Of a DNA stretch of 57,075 bases, positions 51,405-57,075 are shown one piece after another. The position numbers were made by a program, and so were the translations under genes. Source of the DNA: Dicyema japonicum (lineage: Eukaryota; Animalia; Dicyemida); contig RDEW01000117.1 of assembly GCA_011109175.1 (NCBI GenBank), positions 3,181 to 60,255 of the forward strand. Direction: 5' to 3'. The notes under the pieces were generated by a model. That model saw nothing but the letters and a program-made list of their open reading frames with translations. It had not been told where the DNA came from and searched no databases. How positions within the stretch are numbered: position 1 is the first letter of the stretch; every line of letters starts with the position of its first letter.

Positions 51405-52321
51405 ATGGAAATTAATAAATACGAGTCATTTTCCTCAAATTTACCCCACGATGATTTGCGTCTACCTCCACCTCCGATGGAGACAAAGAAGGCCAAGAGA
51501 ATAAGATTTAAATCATTACCGTCTTATTCTATTTTGACGACAAGAAGCTCGAAACCAAACCTAAATGAGTGTTCCACAGTTAAGGCAAATAAACAAGAAA
51601 AGGGTACCAAAAGGCCTCGGAGTCGAAGTAGAAAAGACTCTAAAAAAACGTTGCCCACCTCTGCATTTTGGAATATGGACATTTTAAATATTTTTGGTAT
51701 TTCAGCAGAGGATGAGCCGACAAATATATCAGATGAATGTACTATGTCTCCCACTGTAAACGAAGTGCCTGAAATTGTTGAATCTCCCGCAAAAATCCCC
51801 AAAATACACGAGTTTTCAATTCTCCAGCGAGGGGAACTAAATTCTCCAAATATGAGTTTATGGTAAACAACTTGAAAATCGAGAAGAAAAACGAATTTGT
51901 GCAGGGATCTGATGATTGTACTACGCAGTGTCTTCTAAATGACATGTACAACGACTCATTACTAAATCGCATCAATGTTAATCCTGTCATTTACGCGGCT
52001 TTCATCGACTGTTTAAGGTATTACCCTAAAAATGACTCATTTGATCGCCAAACTATGAGCTATCACTTTGGTGGTGATTCATTTTTGGTACCTCATGGAA
52101 TTGGTAATGATTATCCAATATTTAAAGATGACCATGATGTGGAGAGGATCGTAAAGGTTCTATATGATGGTGTTGAAATTCTGGGACTAAAGCGTGATGA
52201 CGATGTTTACGTTCGAATTGTTGACATGGCCAAAATTTTGTTCAAGTCGAGACGTTTTTCTGAATTTCACAAAATATGTGAAAATTTGAAAATCCCAGTA
52301 ATTATCGACTTTTTCACATGA
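51405..52321 (+). CDS. Intronless orphan ORF of about 305 aa (two listed ORFs joined by one indel near 51850)
   Basis: The 153-aa and 153-aa ORFs overlap by 7 nt. The N-half is basic and Ser/Pro-rich, the C-half looks globular. AT-rich 3' flank with AATAAA at ~52484. No homolog recognised. Confidence 0.6.
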
Positions 52322-52549
52322 TAGGTCCTTTTCTGTAAGGAAAAGGAGTTACATGAACTCGAATTGATCTCTTTTACTCGCCCCGATAGAGACCAGCGCA
52401 TAATTGGACTTTCTTATTTGAATCGATTCTTTGATCAAATTAGGGAGTTGTTGCGTTGACATTTTTAAATTAACATTTTTGTAAATAAACATTGTTTTGT
52501 ACTTTCATGTTTGTAAGCTTAAAATAAAGTAACTTCCTTAATAGAGGAA

Positions 52550-53510
52550 CTAACTTGTACGATCGTTCCTCTGCTTCCAGACCAATGTCCTACTGTGTCT
52601 TTGATTACTTTAGCTGAATTAAAAATTTGTATTGAGGACAATATTGTTGGTTTTACAACTTCAAGCCTCGGGTTGCTGCTTTGAGGACGATCCTCGAAGC
52701 ATTGAAGTGAGGCTGGAAGTTCAGAAACTTAAGAAATTAGATGAAACTGATATTTTTCGTTCAACTCATTACACGAGTCCCTTGCATTCTTCGAAGACAT
52801 CGAACGTAATTCGGCCCGTAGAATACCTAACTATTCTGAATATCAACAATCACTAACCGATACTCCAATCCTGCCCTCCATTGACTGGACCTCCCGGCAC
52901 GTTGTTTGCAACAAGATGTTCCCATAGACTATTCTTACATTCATACAGAGATGTCTGAAATCATTTCTCTTTGGTAGAATGGGACGTACCCTGGTTATGT
53001 CAGAGAAATCTCGTGCCCTTTACCTCCCAAACGGAGTCCCACAAGGTCTGCCCTCTCTCCGGCTTTGTTCAACCTTCGCCTGAGCAGCTGGAAGATGCGC
53101 TTGTGATGACTTGATCTTCGTTCGGGAGAGAAACATTATTTCCGCCTCTTGATTCTCTAGAACTACGTGACTCCCTCTTGGGCCTCATCCTCGCAGCCTC
53201 CAATATCCAAAAATTTCAGAGTCAAAAATGGACCTTTTTGAACAATTATTGGATGCAAAAAATTTCACCGTCCGACCACCTCCACTTGGAAGTCACCAAT
53301 CTCCCAGTGGAAGATCACCTCTGTACGAGAACCTCCAATTATCAAATGAAACCACAGAATCAGACCACTCTTACCACTTCTTGACTTACACGAAGAACTT
53401 CAGAAAAATAATTACCACATCATTCCTGTTTCGTTATTTTTCTAAAATTCCTCAGCCTCCTTCAGATAGAACCAAATCAAAGACAATACATAACTCCTAC
53501 AAGTGGTGAA
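52550..53510 (+). mobile_element. Heavily deleted LINE remnant
   Basis: GVPQG.ALSPALFN-type RT motif at ~53030-53075, with degenerate sequence on both sides. Confidence 0.55.
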
Positions 53511-53709
53511 TTCCAGAGGTTTTACTGTGATTTACTGTGATTAAATCAATAAAATGGCACTAATTTACTACAGTCTGCCATACTACTCAAAAATAAGTTT
53601 TATTGAGTAGTAACCTCTCTTAATCACAGTTAATTCTCTATTTACCCCCGACCCTTTCACTGTAATCTCGTGGCTATCAGAAGTTAATTCTTATAAACAT
53701 GGCTGATTT

Positions 53710-54167
53710 TCAAAGTCGGGCGGAAGTGGCGGAATATCTCAGACGAGTGTCTTTCATAATAAAAGTCAACCAACCATTCGGAATGCCTATCAATTTGATG
53801 TTGGAAGATGACTTTCTGATCTCTTTAAATATCTTCCTTTCCCTCTCACCAATCAGAGAAACAGCCCTTAGCCTTAAAACCCTGATAACCTCCCACTCTT
53901 TGATGCCCTAGCTGTCCTCCCAATACGGTGGATGTACAGTTTCAAAGTTGACGGCATATTATAGTTAATGACCTTTAATATAACATCAATTCCACAGTTT
54001 CAATGTTATCAACATCCAACCCACGTGCCGCCAAATCAGTGGCTAAAAGGACATTGAATCTTTCAAGTTTGAATAAACTAAGCATCTCACATCGCTGAGA
54101 CTGATTCAAATCCCCATGAAGTTCCTCCACTGATATTCCAAACAAACCCAAAACCACGTGCAACCAT
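53710..54167 (-). CDS. DDX27: DDX27/Drs1 DEAD-box helicase, 3' part (RecA2 domain)
   Basis: [43 protein letters not shown]|[34 protein letters not shown]. Introns of 23, 24 and 24 nt. Confidence 0.93.
54139..54167. repeat. Left 29-bp inverted repeat
   Basis: CAAACAAACCCAAAACCACGTGCAACCAT is the exact reverse complement of 55616-55644. A 15-nt part (54142-54156) is repeated at 54168-54182. Confidence 0.98.
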
Positions 54168-54180
54168 ACAAACCCAAAAC

Positions 54181-54490
54181 CAAGACACTCTTCTGAGATT
54201 AAGTAACCTTTGCCTCACTAAGTTGTAGGAGGGCAGCAGCTATTAAATAGGATGCAATAGATGCCGATCAATCTCATAGATCGGTCAGTCCCGGTATTGT
54301 AGACGAACGTTGTGCTAATTCATGACATTCAAATAATTGGTTTGTTGTCAACTCATAAAGGTTGCAAGAAGGAAAGAGGATATCGTACGTCGGTAGAGAG
54401 GGTGCCCACATTGTAGACGAGTCAGGTTTACCCAGACGTCTCTCAGAAGAAAGGATTCTGATTGGTCTATCGGAGGAGGGGTGGGTGTAG
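54181..54490 (+). CDS. Probable 3' end of the coiled-coil gene, displaced by the inversion
   Basis: CAA GAC ACT CTT... continues the reading frame of the minus-strand gene broken at 55645. A 21-nt GT-AG intron precedes the open last exon LQEGKRISYVGREG...EEGWV* and an AT-rich spacer. The internal exon structure is not fully resolved (one TGA and a frame shift). Confidence 0.5.
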
Positions 54491-54590
54491 TATTTCATTA
54501 TCATCGAATAATAATAATAATCGAGTATTCCTTGGGTAACTCGTATAAGCTTGTCTTAAGGAATAAAGGAATTAGTTAATGATTCTCGGA

Positions 54591-54700
54591 TGTTATGTTA
54601 TTATTCCCAGGCTAACAATTTTTGGTAAGCCCAGCACAAACAGTCATAATTACACGTGACAGTAAGGACTGGTTCCCTACCTGTTTGTTTATTGGTTATT
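54591..54700 (-). mobile_element. 3' end of the putative SINE family with an RTE-like (TAACA)n tail
   Basis: CCCAGGCT..CAA..TTTGGTAAGCCCAGC.CAAACAGTCA shared with ~14759-14800. TGTTATGTTA tail identical to 15351-15360. Confidence 0.55.
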
Positions 54701-54704
54701 CAAG

Positions 54705-55644
54705 GGTTGTAAGAATGTATGCGAGAGCTTTACCACCTTTGAGGAGACTAGTCTATCAAGACCTCTTTTAAAAGTATCTTCTTCTTGTTATAAAGTCCCT
54801 AAATGATTTGTCCATTACAGCTCCAACTCCTATTCAGTCCAATGTCATCCCGATTGCCCTTTCTGGGAGGGATCTTTGTGCACGAGCACCCACTGGATCT
54901 GGTTTTCACTCCTCATTATAATAAAAAAGACCGCTGCCTATATTCTTCCCACATTGGAAAGACTCCTGTTTATACAGAACTACGACAACATTACTCGTGT
55001 CCTCATTTTAGTGCCCACAAGGGAACTGGCCATTCAAGTCAATCACGTTATCTCCCAATTGGCCAAATATATGACGATTAATATATCAGTTGTCACTGGT
55101 AGGTTCACGTGGGTTATTTTAGGTGGTCTTCCAATCGATCCCCACAGAACGATGCAGTGAGCTGCCCAGACATTCTCATTGCCACTCCGGGACGACTAAT
55201 AGATTTAATTAGCAACAGGAAGGTCGATTTGAGAACCATAGAGGTTCTAATTCTAGAAGAGGCTGATAGGTACAGTTATTTGCTTATTTAGACTGTTGGA
55301 TGATCACTTTTATGAGCAAATCAAAGTTGTAATGACTTCTCCGTCCTCCCATAGACAAACTATGCTCCTCTCTGCTACAATGACCGACCAAGCACGTGAA
55401 CTTTCCAACCTTATACAAAAGTCCCCAGTAAATGTGGTTGTTAATGACAAATCTGTTGGAAATTTGAGTCAGGAGTATGTTAGGATTAGGCCGGGACATG
55501 AGAAAGATCGTCCGACTGTACTTGCATGTTGCTTTGTGTAGTTTATTCTAGGTTTGTTGAGAAATGTGTTTAAAAGAAGGGTGATCGTCTTTGTTGGGAC
55601 CAAAAAGGTAGTGAGATGGTTGCACGTGGTTTTGGGTTTGTTTG
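54705..55644 (+). CDS. DDX27: DDX27/Drs1 DEAD-box helicase, 5' part (Q motif to start of RecA2); no start codon found; lesions in Walker A and B
   Basis: [12 protein letters not shown]|[74 protein letters not shown]|[31 protein letters not shown]. Introns at 54774-795, 54902-924, 55099-122, 55270-291 and 55528-551. Confidence 0.95.
55616..55644. repeat. Right 29-bp inverted repeat
   Basis: ATGGTTGCACGTGGTTTTGGGTTTGTTTG, the last DDX27-coding bases on the + strand. Confidence 0.98.
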
Positions 55645-57075
55645 ACAGTTTAAATCACGTGGTACTTTGTTGGCAAAGTCAACAAACCGGTTCAATCTCA
55701 AAATCAAGTGGAAACAGCTGGAGACGAGGTATGGGAAATTCTGTAGGGAAGATAATCCCTGAAGAGCAGTTCTTTGGCAACCGTGGAGAGTAAGGTTACA
55801 CGTTTCCACCAAATTGGAGAATTCAACTAGTCGGTCTCTGTGTCTACCCAACAGACGACAATCTCCAAGTCGGAAAAACTCGGGAAGTGGTCTTTGATTG
55901 ATAAAGTGCTCCGATTGAAGGATCTCTGGTATTTCGTAGTCCAACAGACGAGTCCTCTGATTATTTCTCAGTTTTACATTCTCCGAATTGCTGCTTCTTA
56001 CCATCTCCCTTAACACTTCAATCTCCTGTCGGTTACTCCCACCCAAATACCTTCATCAGTGTAGACTGAATCTCCTCAGACCTGTCCTCAGCCTCCTTTC
56101 CAGCCATGAGTTGATTTTTGATTGAAGAACATCGCTCTTCCAATTCCTTAACGGTCGATTCCTTCTCCCCTACAACTCCACCTAGTCGGTCGACCTCCAC
56201 GAACAACTCATTAATCTACGTAACCAGGACGACCACCTGCTCAGATTTTACCGCATTTTCACTTAACAGGTCAGAATTTTGCTTTTTTAGATCCTCGATT
56301 TGTTCAACGTGGGAGACTAGCTCTGTTTCCAATTCGTCCGCGTGTTTCTACCGTAAGTTCAAGTTCCCACCAAATAAATATCGCATTTCCCGCAAATTTG
56401 GATCTCCTCATTGACTTTTTCGTCATTTTCTATCACGTAAGAGACGTCATCCATCAGAGTGTATGTCACTTCACTTCTGCTCAGTTTATCCACCAAATCT
56501 CTCCGGTGTGAGTCAGATTCCTCCAAAAGCTTCTTCATTCTCGTCTCCTTTTTCTCCCATTCCTCTATTTCTCTTTAAATTCAGAAAAACTCTCGTTTTC
56601 CGCATTTCTTGCCTCCAAGTAGTCGATCCTTTCCGTCTTTTCTTTCAAAACTGACCTAAGCTTCTTCACCACCTCCTCCATAGAAGTCCACGAGTCTTCA
56701 AGCTTCTTCAATTTACCAACAAGCTCGGAGAATGGCTAAATATGAGAGGACACGTGTACCTTCGATATTATGGACATCATCCCAAGGATGACTATCAACT
56801 GCTGAACGAAAAGATTCTGTTTATTACTTAGAAGCTCGATATTTTGAACAGCCGACTTGAGAGAAGTGATACACGTGGGCTGGCATTTCCTACACACAGG
56901 TGACTGTCCTCGAATGATGAAATAAGACAATTGCTGTTGGAATAAGGAAAACTGGGTCATAAAATCCACGAAAACGGTCTCTTGTGGGACGAGGCTGTAG
57001 TCCCTAAAAATAAGGGATGTGAAATACTCGTTTATAGGGTAATTTGACAATTTGGGACTATGAGATTGTTTATTG
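55645..57075 (-). CDS. Unidentified long coiled-coil protein, 5' part (start at or beyond the window edge)
   Basis: Heptad-rich exons (LKKLEDSWTSMEEVVKKLRSVLKEKTERIDYLEARN; ELVSHVEQIEDLKKQNSDLLSEN) separated by 24-, 23- and 25-nt GT-AG introns. One homopolymer -1 at ~56570. The frame runs directly into the right inverted repeat. Confidence 0.8.

Noticed and set aside
54139-54182. GGTTTTGGGTTTG resembles a ciliate-type telomeric repeat at the breakpoint
   Set aside because: It is the coding sequence for VLGLF in DDX27 and is not a tandem array.

Overview
AT-rich animal nuclear DNA (about 35-37% GC by eye), identified by an NK2-class homeobox, long-form intersectin and tektin. The genes are compact and split by ultra-short GT-AG introns, nearly all 20-30 nt. 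This fits a dicyemid or orthonectid-type parasite best, but that is inference. Host genes or gene pieces: OXR1/TLDc, tektin (C-terminal half only), Nkx2, ATP synthase subunit g, intersectin (EH-CC-3xSH3-DH-PH-C2), two RBBP6 copies inside a ~7.8 kb tandem duplication, a degenerate dUTPase, EBP2 (N-terminal half only), an intronless orphan ORF, DDX27/Drs1 and an unnamed coiled-coil gene. The spacers hold remnants of Merlin, R4/Dong-like, CRE-like, RTE and L2/Jockey-like elements. The strongest oddity is a 1.45 kb segment (54168-55615) between perfect 29-bp inverted repeats that contain CACGTG. In the present orientation it breaks both DDX27 and the coiled-coil gene, and flipping it once puts both junctions back in frame. 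Caveat: many genes carry +/-1 indels in homopolymers, so the sequence looks like an imperfectly polished long-read consensus. Any single-base anomaly or rearrangement may therefore be an artefact. All identifications are by eye from motifs, with no database search, and transposon boundaries are approximate.
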